From Felis catus (Eukaryota): a DNA stretch of 64,000 nucleotides. Both the position numbers and the translations under genes were made by a program. The stretch lies in contig NC_058368.1 of assembly GCF_018350175.1 (NCBI RefSeq), forward strand, positions 142,602,001 through 142,666,000, given 5' to 3'. Shown here piece by piece: positions 38,370 to 52,117 of this stretch (positions are counted from its first letter, which is position 1; each line of letters opens with the position of its first letter). The notes under the pieces are model-generated. The model did not search any database. It was not told the DNA's origin and saw nothing but the letters and a program-made list of their open reading frames with translations.

Positions 38370-38900
38370 CAGGCACTAGGCTGGGAGGGATACAAAGCTG
38401 AATGGACAGATGGCCAGGTGCCTGTCTTTGAGAGGTGTGGAATCTAACAAAAATGTGCATGCATAAGCCTGTCATAATGGGCAAGAGGGGCAAATAAAAT
38501 GCTGAGTGGGCACCAATGGAGAAGCAATTAGTATTTAATACTGCCAGGAAAGATGGTGCAGGCACTGGCTGGAAAGGCCTTACCGGGGAAGGTTATGTTT
38601 GAACTGGATCTCAAAGGATAAGCCAGATTTCCCCAGGCAGAGGAAGGCAAGAATGGGCGGTCGAGGCAAGGGGAGCCGCATGAGGAAAAGCACGGAGGCA
38701 GGAAAGCCTGTGGCACACGGGGGGACGGGAAGGACACAGCATGGCTGAGCATGAAAGCCAGTACAGGGCAGGGGCAGGAAACGGGGTGGGACAACGTGGC
38801 TGTGCAGCGCTGGGCAGGGCCCCCACACTGCGGACTTGAGTCTGGCTCTGTTCTGGAGCGGGCACTGGAGGCTCAATGAGGGACGCTAAGCAGGCAAATG
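38370..38900. mobile_element. Degenerate L2 remnant (similar patches near 6645-6750, 27080-27390, 29840-30250, 55000-55200, 63280-63660)
   Basis: Typical L2 motifs: caggcactaggct..ggatacaaag, ggaaaggcctt..ggaaggt..tttgaactggatct, aggcaaggggagccgcatgag..aagcacggaggc. Confidence 0.55.
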
Positions 38901-39404
38901 AGTCCACTGGGGGAGGATTTCAGGCCCACCTCCAGCCAGAGGGGGAAGCATCTGGTACCAGATTTTTCACATATATCACGGGTGACTCTCTCGTATGTCT
39001 ATACTGAGGGCCAGTCCCATGGAGGAGCTGGAAGGAGTAAGGAACAACAGGGAGACAGATAATTCTGGGGCATGTTCAGGGAGGAGGGTAGGGGCTGTCA
39101 GGTCTGGCTCAGCTCCCACAATCAGAAGCACATCTTGCCCTTTGGCTGGAGCTGAGAGATCCATGCTGCAGTCAGGCTAAGGCCAGCCAGAGCCCCAGGA
39201 GCAGGCTTGACACCAGGCAGGAGTGACCCTGCAGCTGTTTGGTACAGGCCATCTGGCCACTCACTGCCTATCTGCCTTTATCCCTGCGTTTCTGCTCAGA
39301 TAATTATGCCCTAGCAACCTGCCATTAGACTTGGGGTCTGCCTTGCTCTCCCCACAGCAGGCCTAGAGGCCTGGCCCTAACCTCCATCCCATTGACGCAT
39401 TTCT

Positions 39405-39637
39405 TTCTTTTTTTTTTTTTTTTTAATTTTTTTTCAACATTTATTTATTTTTGGGACAGAGAGAGACAGAGCATGAACGGGGGAGGGGCAGAGAGAGAGG
39501 GAGACACAGAATCGGAGACAGGCTCCAGGCTCTGAGCCATCAGCCCAGAGCCCGACGCGGGGCTCGAACTCACGGACCGCGAGATCGTGACCTGGCTGAA
39601 GTCGGACGCTTAACCGACTGCACCACCCAGGCGCCCC
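39405..39637 (-). mobile_element. Young feline Can-SINE
   Basis: 16-bp TSD ccattgacRcatttct at 39389-39404 and 39638-39653; the single mismatch is at a CpG. Confidence 0.97.
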
Positions 39638-40855
39638 CCATTGACACATTTCTCAAAGCTGCCTGCCTGCCTAGCCCACTGATTTCGGCTGTCCCCAGGA
39701 GTCCCAGTCTCAGAAAAGAATCAGAGGCAGCTGAATGTTGGCAGAAGGTATAGACTGCATTAGAAGGGCCTTTCTTTGGACCCTTCTCATCAAACCTTGA
39801 TCCGGTGGCCCAGCATGGTGAGCACCCCACCAGACATTTGATGTGGCAAAGAGTGGCCCATCTGCTGTCCCAGAAGAAAAGGCGCTGCTCCCTAGCTTAT
39901 CCTTAGCCAACTTAGCTCTTATGATCTCCATTCACGTCTCGAGCGCCCTGTCACCCTCATGCCTCACTGACCCCCTGAGATCTCCCGCCAAGGCCGAATG
40001 CTTATTTGTCTTGTCTTCAAGTGCTCAGAGTAGGACTGTCATTTCTCCTTTGGGGACAAGCACAGACAGAGCCTGCCATGCAGGGAGTCAGGACAGGAGG
40101 GGAAATAGGAATGGAAGCGATTACATTTAAACCCCAAACCGGCATTCTGATCTCATGAACGTCTAGTACCACTGGTGTAAGTACTTCCTGGAGAACTCGG
40201 TCGTGCAAACACAGGTTGAAGCAGCATAGTGAAGACTCCGTGCTTTGAACGGAAAAATGAAGCCGGTGCCTGTGAGTTACTTGTTTCTCATTTGCTTTGG
40301 AAAGAGACGGTCTAGAGAGTCTGGAAGCCCACATTCCATAGCAGAAAAGCAGACCAGATTTCTGCTGACAGCAGGGTTTTGTCTGTTTTTGCCACGTGAG
40401 CTCATTTTCTGCGTGACACTCTACGCTGTTCTAATTCTAGACACCAACAGAACTGCACCTTCAATCACGAAACTGTAATTAGCACACAGCTTTGCGGGTT
40501 TATTTAGGACACGTTTTCAGAAAAACACAAGGCCTTCCTGCTGCAGTGAGTGCTACCGGGGACTATATTAGTTAAACCGCTTCAATCAGGACCTGCGCTT
40601 GGCCTTCCTGTGCTTCGGGAGTTTCGGGAACTTTCAGTGGCCGACTCCTCTGTTCAGTTGTATCAGAAAATGACGGTGGTTAGACTTCTCCCAAGCTCTC
40701 AAACGCCTTGAACCTTTGACATAGTGTTGTTTGCATAAACTTCTTCCCACACAGACAGCTTCACACAGCATAACAACTTAGCAATACAAGAAGAGTGAGG
40801 GAAATCTCTGCATAAGATTCAGGTCCTCAAGTGTTGGGTTCAGTTGCAAACTTGA

Positions 40856-41070
40856 GGGGTGCTGGGGTGGCTCTGTCGGTTAAGCGTCTGACTTCGGCTC
40901 AGGTCATGATCTCATGGTTTGTGGTTTGAGCCCCGCGTTGGGCTCTGTGCTGACAGCTCAGAGCCTGGAGCCTGCTTCGGATTCTGTGTCTCCCTCTGTC
41001 TTTCTCTGTCCCTCTCCTGCTTGTGCTCTCTTTCTGTCTCTCTCAAAAATAAATAATTGTTGAAAAAAAC
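40856..41070 (+). mobile_element. Can-SINE
   Basis: Head, body, (CT)-rich block and A-tail. Confidence 0.94.
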
Positions 41071-42547
41071 AACCTCGAAAAACATGTCTGGAATTGTAGG
41101 GTGATAAACCTCCTTGTGGGAGCAGCAGGAGCACAGTAAGGAAGTGCCATCTGACACGTATTACACATTGCCGCCTACATTGTTTTAGATGGCATCTGTC
41201 CAACCAGACTATACCTTTTTTGAGGTGAGCATCTGTATATTATCCTTGCCTTGCCCACATTTCCTAGCAGAGTGAAACAACAATGCTCAGTAATATCTGC
41301 TGATTAAATAACTGAGGACACGCATGGATAGCCTGGAACTTTTTTTGGGGTGGGGGCTGTTCTTTTGGTCAGTGGGATTCTGTTCTGGGTAGTGAAAATG
41401 CTTCCCTCATTTCCTCCCCGAGAACATCAATTCTATCAAGAGGACACAATCAAACTAGCAGTATAAACTGGGAGGACCCTGAAATTCATCCTAGGAGGCC
41501 ACTGAAGAGTTAATTTAGTTCTGATAAGAGAATTATGAGGCAAGGCTATATAAGGATTACACACAATAGATTTATAACAAAGGTTTGTTTTTTGTTTTTT
41601 TTTTAAAGGACAAAACCAGTGACTGGGGACATTTCAGATGAAGAAATAACCATGTTAACCTCACTGCTTTCTAAACATTTGCATCTGTGAACTGCAGAGG
41701 CTCAACATAAAGCAGATTGCCTCTATCCACTGAAAGCCATTCTGGCATGTGAAATTTCTCCTGCATAAAGCAAAACAGATGTGTGAGGTAAAAAAGCACA
41801 CTCTCTTCTGGGTGTATCAGCATTTGGAATTATATCGTTATCTCAAAAACTATATATTATGTGAAGCGGTGAATATGCAATCTTGACCATACAATGTCTC
41901 TGAAAACTCAATATCAAAAGCAGACACTGAATATTTGAAAAACACTAATTATTAAAGCAGACAAAAAACCCCCAGTATATTCACATTTCATCCATGGTTT
42001 CTTTTTCTCTTTTCTTTTTTTACACTGGAAGGGTATCTGCCAACTGAACTAATCCTGCACCAGAGATTACATATCCAGAATTTTTGGCCAAATGCTGCCT
42101 GGAAGATATGAATGCAGAGCCACTTGACTGTTTAAATGATTGGAAAAAGTGCCACATCCTTGTAAGCAGTAAAGAGTACCCCAGGGTCATAGGCATATGC
42201 GCTGCATATTGGAATCCCTAAGCAAATCAATTTGGAAACAGGAAAGTGCTCCAAGACTGTCCCCCCTTCAAGGTGCGGGGTATTTACAGTATTGACAGAG
42301 TGGTACGCAAGTGCTTGGCTGTCTGCTAGGTCCTGGGAAGTGCACAAGTGAAGCAAAGATAAGAGAACAGGCACTGAGCTGAGGAGGGAAACACAGTGTC
42401 CTGCAGGGCAGGCCTCCCTAATGTTAAGAGAAGAGTATTCACAGTGGAGAGGAGAGGAGAGTAGACAAGCTCCTCATGGAGCAATGGGTCTGAAACCAGG
42501 CTGGGAAAGTAGTTGAAGAAAACTTCAAACTCGATGTATATGTTAAA

Positions 42548-42578
42548 AACAACAACAACAACAACAACAACCATACAC

Positions 42579-42630
<52 letters not shown>

Positions 42631-42640
42631 ATAGACAGAC
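42548..42640 (+). repeat. Compound microsatellite: (AAC)8 then about 12 TAGA units
   Basis: Read directly. Confidence 0.95.
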
Positions 42641-44699
42641 AGGGAATGGTAAAAAACAGTCAAGATCAACTTGGTAGAAATGATTAAAGTAACCCCAAAT
42701 ATTTGATATGGTCGTATTACAGAAACAAAGTCAAAGTCAGTTTCCCTAGTGTAGTGATTATCACATTCTCCAGACACAAAGTCAAAGGAACATTCTGTTC
42801 AAACACATGCTGGTGCACACGCCCAGCACCCACAATTAGATGTAGCATTAGATGAAGCTTAGAGGGCTCAAGATTGTCCAGGGCACATATGAGTTTAATA
42901 ATAATTGATGATGGTGATAAGTTTATAAATTATGACTGTACCTAGAAGAAACAAGTAAACATATTTCCACTAATACTTTTTCTACTCTTGCAGGAATACA
43001 CAAAATTATGTGTTATTTAATTATGCAAATTAGCCTTTAGATACGGCCTCTACCTGAAGCCACCCAGGCATTTATTTATCACTTAAGAAAACCCCACAAC
43101 AGTGATTTGTACTCTACAATAATAGGATCATACAGTATCATACAAATCTCTACTGTTTCTCATTTTGTATTTACTATGAGTATCAGCAAAAGAGAGAGTT
43201 CTGTTTATCTTCTTCTGATTTCACTAAGTAGAATATATTTTCTGCCATCACATTCTGATGCAGGTTTCCCCTGCTACTGAAAAGCAGAGCGATTCCGTGA
43301 AACCTTTCACAAGCTGAAGTAGCATAAATCGAAGAAGTAATTACCACTCATTTACCTGGAAAATTTTTTGAGTGTTCCAAGCTCAAAATATAACGTCTCA
43401 GGCTTTTCTGATACCTCAGGACACATCTTGCTAATGATGCACAGAATAAATCGCAATAAAGCACAGATGCTCACAGATGCAGCTCAAAGCTAGGCGGCAA
43501 CCTGATGCTGAGGTGCTGAGTGTGGTTCCCGGGGAAGGAGCTTGGTGGGCCCACTCTCCCTGCCCAGGGTGCGCTCTGCCTGTAGGAGACCTCGCTGCAA
43601 AGCAAATGCCAAATGCTAGTCTCGATTTTCACCTTTCTTCGTAAAAGTGAAAACCCTCTTCGGACTTCTTCTGGCTACTGAAAACGGGTACTAAAGTACG
43701 TCATTGGTAAAAGTGAAGTGGCGAAACAGGAATTTTGGAAAGCAGGGGATATCTATTCAAAACCACTTGAGTGAGGAAAAAGAATTATAAAATGCAAGTA
43801 TCAAACAGTCTCCAATAAATCACTCAGATAGTAATCCCTTTAAATAGAAAGAGCTCCCAATATGGGTTATATGAATAAACAAAGGCTCCCCATTGCAAAA
43901 GGTTGATAGAGTGTTCTCACATTGAATTTCGTGACCACTTCCTCTCTTTCACTGATTGGCAGCATTGTCTGAGATGTCTGTAGGCCTGCCACCTCTGAAG
44001 GAAAAGATACAGAGCAAAAATGTTCATTGTTAATGAAAGGGGCTGGCATCTGAGTTTAATAACCGGATGCCATCTCCATTTGGAGTCTATATAGGTTTTC
44101 AGCATGATCGACACTTAAACAAATCAGGCTGAAATTATACATAACTCCGTGCATATATTTCAACTGTGATTAAGTTCTTTTTCTATGTACATGTGCAATC
44201 TCTTATGAAATATTCTTAAAAGCAACCTAATAAGGAAGAAGAATGAGGTTGTGGTTCAAGACAGATCCTCGATGAAGCAGTGAAGAGATACCAAGCCAGT
44301 CAGTCCCCCTAAGTGGCGTTGAGCTATCTGCCACTGCATAAGGCCATCACGCCTGACTCAAATATTCTCCCCACCAGAAATGACCTAGCCCCTCTTTTAA
44401 GGCCCAGTTAAAACCCAATCTCTTCTGAAATCTTCTGAGAACTTTATTTAGGAATATTCCTCTCGTTATGTAATATCTCACCTATTCTTTATTTTCTCTA
44501 GTTCTCAGTGGCTCTTCAGCATCCACTGTTGTGTATTATTAGTTTTTGTGAAATAGATCTACATTTCATTTCCCTGATTCATTTATATGCTCTTTGAAGA
44601 AACTTTGAAGAAACCTAAGAAACTCTGGGTTATACTCTTCCTGCCCCTATAGCAACCTTCCTCAAAATAGGGTCCCTGTATCATTAGAACTGCCAAATT

Positions 44700-44820
44700 G
44701 TTTAATCGAAAGATAGCGTCAGAGATCCTCAAGGGGTGTGGAAGGAGGGCTCAGGAAGCTGCATTTTTAAATGCTGCCCAGGTGATTCTTAGGCACTATA
44801 AAGACTGAGGAGCCCTAGAT
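44700..44820. mobile_element. MER5A-like fragment (another near 50915-51030)
   Basis: ctgcatttttaaa..cccaggtgattct..gcac..aaag..tgag motif. Confidence 0.55.
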
Positions 44821-44916
44821 ACAAGAATAGGGGAGTGCTGTGAATGTAATCAGTCCCAGGAAGTATTTGTTGAATATAGAGAGGAACACAAAAAGCTGCA
44901 AGCCAAACCAAGATTA

Positions 44917-44962
44917 CAACAAAAACAAACAAACCAAACAACAACAACAACAACAACAACAA
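44917..44962 (+). repeat. Imperfect (CAA)n
   Basis: Read directly. Confidence 0.85.
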
Positions 44963-45408
44963 ATCACATATAAAACTAAAGGTGCTAGGTAATCAGGCCA
45001 GTCCCTAAAATATATACAATTGTATTCTTGGAGATATGTGCATGTCTCAGGGTATACATTTTTATCAGGACAACATTTCCAGTCTAGGAGATGCCTTATA
45101 ATCTCATTAGACTGTGAATTGGTAAAGGGCAGGGACCCTGTGCCCTTCATTATTCTAATGCTTATGGGACCTTGCAAAGAAGCTTGACAAAACTGATAAA
45201 GGAGCTTAATTCTTCAGCACAGTCCTCTGATTATGCCTCCAAAAGTCGCTGTTTGGCTACCTGAGAACATTTCCCTTCCTTGTGCCACTCTCCCTCCTGC
45301 CTACCCCCACTCTACCCCTGCTCTGAGCACAGTTTTCTGGGCCCTGGATCTCCAGGTGTCTTTTCAAGGTCAAACGGAACCACACTTTGTGCAACTGGGG
45401 TTAGCTGA

Positions 45409-45961
45409 ATTCTAAACCCATGCCCTTTGTCCCTTGGTGTTACTCCCGTGATTATGTGACTTACACAGCAAAAGGGGCTCTGTGGATACAATGGTCATTA
45501 TCAGTGACCTCAAGATAGGGAGATTATCTGGGCTGCCTACCCTAATCCTGAGCCTTTTAAAAACAGTTTTCTCTGGCTCAGAGCACAAAAGTCAGGGAGA
45601 TTATAGAAGGATTTCAACAAGAGGAAGGTTCTTGCTGTCTTTGAGATGGAGGGGATCGCTGAGCAAGGGCCTGAGAACAGCCTCTGGAACAGCCTCTCTC
45701 TCTGCAGAGGTAACAGGAATCTCAGTCGTATAAGCACAAGCCACTGCGTCCTGCCAACAACCTGGCTGAGCCTGGCAGTGGAGCCGCCCTGGAGCCGCCA
45801 GGGGAGAGCCAAGCCTGACTGCCAGCTTGATGGTCGCCTTGTGAGAGCCTACGCAAGAGCCTGCCCAGACTTTTGACCTTGAGAACCGTGAGATAATAGA
45901 GGGGTGCTGTATTAAGTTGTAAAGTATGTGGTGATTTGCTACACAGCAATAGATGAATACA
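45409..45961 (+). mobile_element. MaLR solo LTR (MLT1D/E-like)
   Basis: ctcccgtgattatg..aagatagggagattatctgg..ctgccaacaacctg..gaaccgtgagataata..tgtggtgatttgctacacagcaatagatgaataca. Confidence 0.85.
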
Positions 45962-46480
45962 GCAGCCCTTGGGGAATGTCCACAGCAGTCTTCTACCTGC
46001 CTCTCAGTGGCATCAGTTCTCTACTTGGAGAGACAAAGGAGGGCCTTGGTAGACCAGAAATAAATAGTAGCAATGGTTACTACTGGTGTCCTCGTTCGCC
46101 GACTCATTTGACCAACGGCTCCATACCTCCCTGTTTGTGCTGCCCTCCCCAGTCCTGCACATCACCAACCCTTCCCTTCTGCCCTCTGGGCTTGAACTGA
46201 ATCCTTTAAACTCCAGGACCCCACCCAGCTTTAACATAAGTACGAGAACTATAAATACAGACCTTGCAAAGCACCCACACACAGCCCTGGAGTAATCAGC
46301 GGGTGCGCCTTTAATGATTAGATAACATGACCCGCACAAGATGGACTTGAACAGAAATGAGTCAAATTAAGATCTTTGACACACAACCATGGCTGCACCA
46401 CTTGAGCATCCCTCCTTTCAGAAGTCCTACTTACCTTGCTTAAATTGAATGAATCCATCAAGCAAAACTGCTCTTTTTCC

Positions 46481-46591
46481 TTTTTCTTTTTTTAAAGATT
46501 TTAAGTCCTCTCTACACCCAACGTGGGGCTTGAACTCAACCCCAAGATCAAGAGTCACATGCTCCACTGACTGAGCCAGCCAGGCACCCCC
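46481..46591 (-). mobile_element. Short, older-type Can-SINE
   Basis: ctctacacccaacgtggggcttgaactca..gactgagccagccaggcacccc. Confidence 0.85.
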
Positions 46592-47909
46592 AAACCACTC
46601 TTATTTCTGAGCGATGGGAAATGATTTGCAAGTGCTTTGTTCGATCCCTTATCATGGCTAGCTCCTGCCCCTGCACCCTCCTCCCACCTTTCTCCTTAAG
46701 CAGCTTTGCTCAATCTTCATTTAAGGGCTAACTTTATTCTTTGTGCTTTGCACTGACTAGCTGTTTATATGTACCCCCCACCCACCACCCCAACTCCCTC
46801 CAGTTCTGTAGCGGCTTGGGTCACACCAGGTATCTTTGTATCTCCCCAGGCCTGCCCAGTGGACGTTCATTACTTGTTTGAGGAGTTCACTCTGAGTTGG
46901 ACTTAGAGTTGAGATTTCCTTTGCTGCCAGGTTTGGGGCAGGGGCGTAAGATTCATTGTTCCAGGGACCTGGCGACCTCCAACCCAGGAGGTTGATAAGA
47001 AGGGGGAGGAGAAGGAAGCCCCAGATGGAAAGGAGTTAGTGCCTGCCTTGCTTCCCACCCCTCAGCCAGCAGCAAGCAGACTTGCTTCTCTAATTTGATC
47101 TTTTGTCTGCCTTGGCCAAGGCAGAGCATACTCCCTAAAGAGCAAGAATGAAACAATGCTGTTGCTGTTTCCAAGCAGAGGAAGAGTTGGGGGAGGGTGG
47201 GGTGTGAAGAAAGCATTTTCCTTGATTTATTTTTATAAATGTATGTTATGAGAGAAGTAGGCAAGAAGATGAGATATGCAGTACATTCTGAACCGTGAAG
47301 GAAAGAGTTTTTCTACAGTCTTTTAAAATCTTTTCTACTTTAGCTATTCGCTCACTGAATCACTCAGCAAGCTCTGCATACACCGTGATTGGGGCATGTC
47401 TCACTTTGCACAACTCCCAGATGTGCCTGTCTTCTAAACCAGAGAGGGTCTCCAGGGCAGGGACCTGCGACAGCTCAACCCACACCCAGTTCATCCTCAT
47501 GCCCCAATGCCTAGCACAGTGCCTGGAGGACAGCAAGAGCTCTGGCCATGGTGCTCGGCGGGCACCAGGGATTGAAAAGGGGCAGCAGATGTAGAGAGGA
47601 GCAGAGGCTTGGGGCCAGGGGGCTAAATACTTCCAGGAGAAGGGGACAAAGAGCACTGGCAAGTGTCATGCAAAGGCCAAGCCAGCTTATTCTGAAAAGG
47701 AGCCAAGGGATGTGGAAATTAGGAGGCCACTAGTAACCTACGGGGATGTTTGGGGAAGAGGGTAGTTTGCAGTTGGGTGAAAAGTAAGTGGAAGAAACAC
47801 TCAATGATGGACACAAAGAAACATTTTTAAAAATTCATCAAAATGTACATTGTTGCATGACTAGTGAAATAAACCACAGAATACTATACAGAATAAAGTA
47901 GCTCCATAG

Positions 47910-48130
47910 GAGGGTTCCTTGACCTCAGCATTACTGATATTTTGGGTGGACAGTTCTTTGTGGTGGCTGTCTTGTGCACTAAAAGACGTGCAACAGCATC
48001 CTTGACCCTGGCCTCTGCCTACAAGATGCCAGCAACATCACCACCACCCAGGCCGCGACCACCAAAAATGTCTCCAGAAATTATCAAATGTCCCGTGAGG
48101 GGCAAAAGTGCCCCCAGCTGAGAACCACTG
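47910..48130 (+). mobile_element. MER20 (hAT-Charlie)
   Basis: cctcagcattactgatattttggg..cagcatcc..agatgccag..accaaaaatgtctccaga..aaatgtccc..tgagaaccactg; degenerate 8-bp TSD ctccatag/ctctatat. Confidence 0.88.
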
Positions 48131-48258
48131 CTCTATATGTACTGACTGGGAAAGATCTGCAAGTCAGATCATTGAGTGGAAAACTTAGGTCACAAAAAAG
48201 TTGTTAATAAGCCGTCATTTATATGGAAGAAGTATTTTACACATGCATTCACCCACAG

Positions 48259-48263
48259 ACACA

Positions 48264-48317
<54 letters not shown>
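48259..48317 (+). repeat. (CA)n microsatellite
   Basis: Read directly. Confidence 0.97.
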
Positions 48318-48320
<3 letters not shown>

Positions 48321-51300
48321 CATATTATATAAGAAAGTACAACTACAGTGTCCGGAAGGACAAAACTATTAGTGGCAGCCATCTCTAAGGAGCAGACTAG
48401 GGCTGGGAGTCAGAGTGAATTTTGGCTTTATTTGTACTGTTTGTGTGGTTTTGTCTGTTTGTTTGTTTTGTTTTTTTTGTTTGTTTTTTTTTTTTTTTTA
48501 AAGAAAATGGAAATGTACTTGCTGTGAAAATTAGTCTGTAAATGAATGGAAACTGAAGATCCGGAGAAAGTACATGTTAATTACTCCCTGACAAAGTTTA
48601 GAGAGGAAGAGAAATGTGGCCAGAATGAAAGGAAAGAATTTCTAGGATGTGGGAAAACTGAGCTAAATTCAGGCAAGTTACAACTTTGTATAAAGCATTA
48701 TGAAGAGAGGGGTGGATAACTTCTAGAATGCTTCCACGTATTAGCTCAAAATTTCAACACTGCTTTGCCAGCAATGATTTTCCCACTACAGTTAAATATG
48801 CATGAAATGACAGAATTCCTCTTTCTGTTTTTCCACTGCATATTTCTTTAATTTGTGCTTCTTCTTCGGTGTGTGTACAGCTTTCTGTAACTGAAGTGCT
48901 GATGCCATTATGGAAACTGTCACTCTTCAGAGTCGCAAAGACCTGAGAATAAAAGCTCACTTTGACTTGTGTTTGGTCTGGCATGGCTGAGTATGCTGCA
49001 GGAGTGTATTTGTTTTTCATTAATTTGTTTGTCATTTTTCTCCATGATCTATGGAACATTTATTTCCCCTGAAGCAAAAGGATCTGAAATGTCAGAAGTT
49101 TCTCTTGGTTCTGCTGGGGTAATGAATTGTTGAGAAAAAGAAATTTTTCTTATATGCTATTTGATTGTGGAAGGAGACATTTTGTGACCTTTTGCTATTT
49201 TACAGTGATAATGAATTTCCTGACAAACCTGGAAACTTTGGGCTTCTTTATTGAAATAATAAGGTTTGAGGAATAACTTTGACCTGGACCTTTGCAGAAT
49301 TAATCAAATACAGATTTGGGAAAAATTGATGAGTTTGGTCTTTACCGAGACACTCTAATTTATTTCTGTCACTGTGGCAGTAGACAGATCTACACCACAT
49401 AAAAACATCAAACAATTAACTACAGACCTAAGTCCCTGGACAGAGACTGGTGGGAGGGGTATAGGCTCAGAGACTTCCAGCCTGATCATACTGTTGCTTT
49501 ATTTCCCTTTTCTTTTCTTCTTTTCCTCCTTCTTCTATTTTTAATTGCAAAAGTAATTCAAGCTTATAGAAAATCTGGCCTATGCTGAACAGAACTAAAA
49601 AGAAAATAAGAAATCATCCATAATCTCATTCTCCAAAGGTAATGGACCATTAGAATGGATGATTCTAATCCTGTGTTTAATATGCCTATAATTTATAATT
49701 GAGATGATACTGAATATAAAATTTTATGTTCTTTGGTTTTTTTCTATTACATATGATGTTTTGTTTGTGATCTCTAAATGCTTTAAAGAAAGACTGCACT
49801 GAGTCCTTTGAGGATGTTCTAAAAAAAAGGCCCCAATTCATGAGGAAAAAGAAGGAATAGATCTTCTTTGAAGTACTTTAGGAACATCAGATTGTCCCAT
49901 TGTCTTCGTGCATGCGATTCAGTTTTCAGATTCTCTGACATTATAGACATGTTTATGCCTTTATGTTTGAAAGGTGAGGAGAGAAAACAAGCTTGTTGAG
50001 TCAGGATGCCAGGTGAGCTCACATAAGGATGCCAGGTGAGGGTGCTCTGTGTCTCTCAGATACAGTGACTGACCAACAGGTGTCACAGCTACTGCTTTGC
50101 CCAGCCAGACGGATGCATGGATGTCAACACCCACGCCAGAGTAACCTCTCTGCCATTTACATGGGCATGAGCGTGGGGAAGACTCCTTCTTCTTCACAGA
50201 AGTAGAACCTTAGTCACCTTGCTCGTCTACTTATTCTCTCTGGGAGCTTGTTAGTTTGTCTACACCCATTCCCAATATTCTGCAAGATCTGAGAAGTACT
50301 TGAAAGGTGTCAGAACTCAATCCAACTTGGAGTCTCAGAGTCTACCTCATCTTTAGGTAGAAATAGTACCTTATTACTGAGTTCGTAACCACTTCCTGGG
50401 CGGGAGGTGAGGGGAGGGGTAGATGTTAAGTTCACTGCCATTTTTTGGAAGTTCAGATTTTCTTCCTGAATGTTGATAGAATGAGAACATCAGGAACAAA
50501 AGGAAAGAGGAACTGAGCTACTGAGCTGAGCTCTAAAATCTCCATGCCTTGCTGGACTGAACATATTGTGAATTTTTTTCATCAAACACCAGATTACTTT
50601 AGGATCAGAAAACAATTTGGTATTTAGATGATGAGAAAGATCATGTAAAATGGTATCCAGCTAGTCTAAATAGGAGCTCCAGGGGAAATGACAAAGTTTT
50701 AATGACAAGTAATACATTAATTACATAATTGATTATATAATTAATATATTAGCAATTATAAAACAGTTCTGAAAGTTAACGTCTTCTATCTCTGTCTTCA
50801 ACTGCATATCTCACAAAACATTTACTTAGTATTAAATTACATCTTCATACAAATATTTTAAATTATAAATCTTGGACTCCAAATTGGGTAAAAGCGCTTT
50901 CTCGGTAGGGGGCTGGCTGCTCCAAGTGAAGTGTGGTCAGAGAGCCAGCAGCACTGGCACCACCTGGGAATTTGCCAGAAATGCTGAATTAGGTGTTCCC
51001 TAGAGTTAGTCAAGTCTAGAAGCTCTGGTTTAGAGTGAGGTGATGGGACAGAACTTTACAATGCAAGTATTTTCACCTGGTGATCAGAGGCAAGTTCCTA
51101 GAAGATTCAGCAAAGCTGTTAGCCCTGTTCACAGACCGCTTTTTTTCTTCCCCATTAACAGGCTAATTTCTAGAATTTTCTTTTCCTCACCACCTTCCTG
51201 GTGGTGAGAATCTGCCCCTGACTGCTGAGAGAGACTATAGCTCAAGTAACCATCCTTGATTTTCTGAAGTGGAAAAACAGTGCCAAGGTCATTATCCTCT

Positions 51301-51892
51301 TGATTTCGGGTCAAGTTAAGATAGAGAAGAGGATGATTGGTCTGAAAGCATCTGAATGGTTGGAGAAATGCACTGATAATGTAGTGCATTTGGACAGATT
51401 ATTTTGACTGATTATTGACTTTAAAACGTGCGTTTTCTCTCACCTGCTTACTTCTCTTCTAGAAGTCAAGCAGCCGATAGACAAGGTAAGTTTGAGTGCT
51501 CAAAAGCAGGCCTAAGGTCAGGAATGTGTTTGGTTTATCAGTTAGGGGAATTTAAACTCAACCCCAGTTGGTTTTTAATTCAACGCAATCACCAAACTTG
51601 ATGAAGTGCCATCAAGTTATCTAAAAGAAAGCAGTTTACTGCACAACAGAAGAGTTGATGTCATCCTAGGAGCTGCCAAACTGTCAACCGTTTGGAAAGT
51701 GATTTTTAGGGGGGAAAATGTAAGATTATAAAAAGCACGTAGTTCTTAGATTTGCCTGTGCTCTTCCAAGTGTCTGGTGATTTACATGTATCTCTTTCCA
51801 TTCTTTTTAAATTTGGTTTCCACCGTCAACATTTTCATTTTAAAGGAATTGTGTAATCATTTCAGCTCAATGCAGGATAAATGCTACTCTTT

Positions 51893-52117
51893 TTTTTAAA
51901 ATTTTTTTTTCAACGTTTTTTATTTATTTTTGGGACAGAGAGAGACAGAGCATGAACGGGGGAGGGGCAGAGAGAGAAGGAGACACAGAATCGGAAACAG
52001 GCTCCAGGCTCCGAGCCATCAGCCCAGAGCCTGACACGGGGCTCGAACTCACGGACCGCGAGATCGTGACCTGGCTGAAGGTCGGACGCTTAACCGACTG
52101 CGCTACCCAGGCGCCCC
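51893..52117 (-). mobile_element. Young feline Can-SINE
   Basis: 13-bp TSD aatgctactcttt at 51880-51892 and 52118-52130. Confidence 0.97.
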
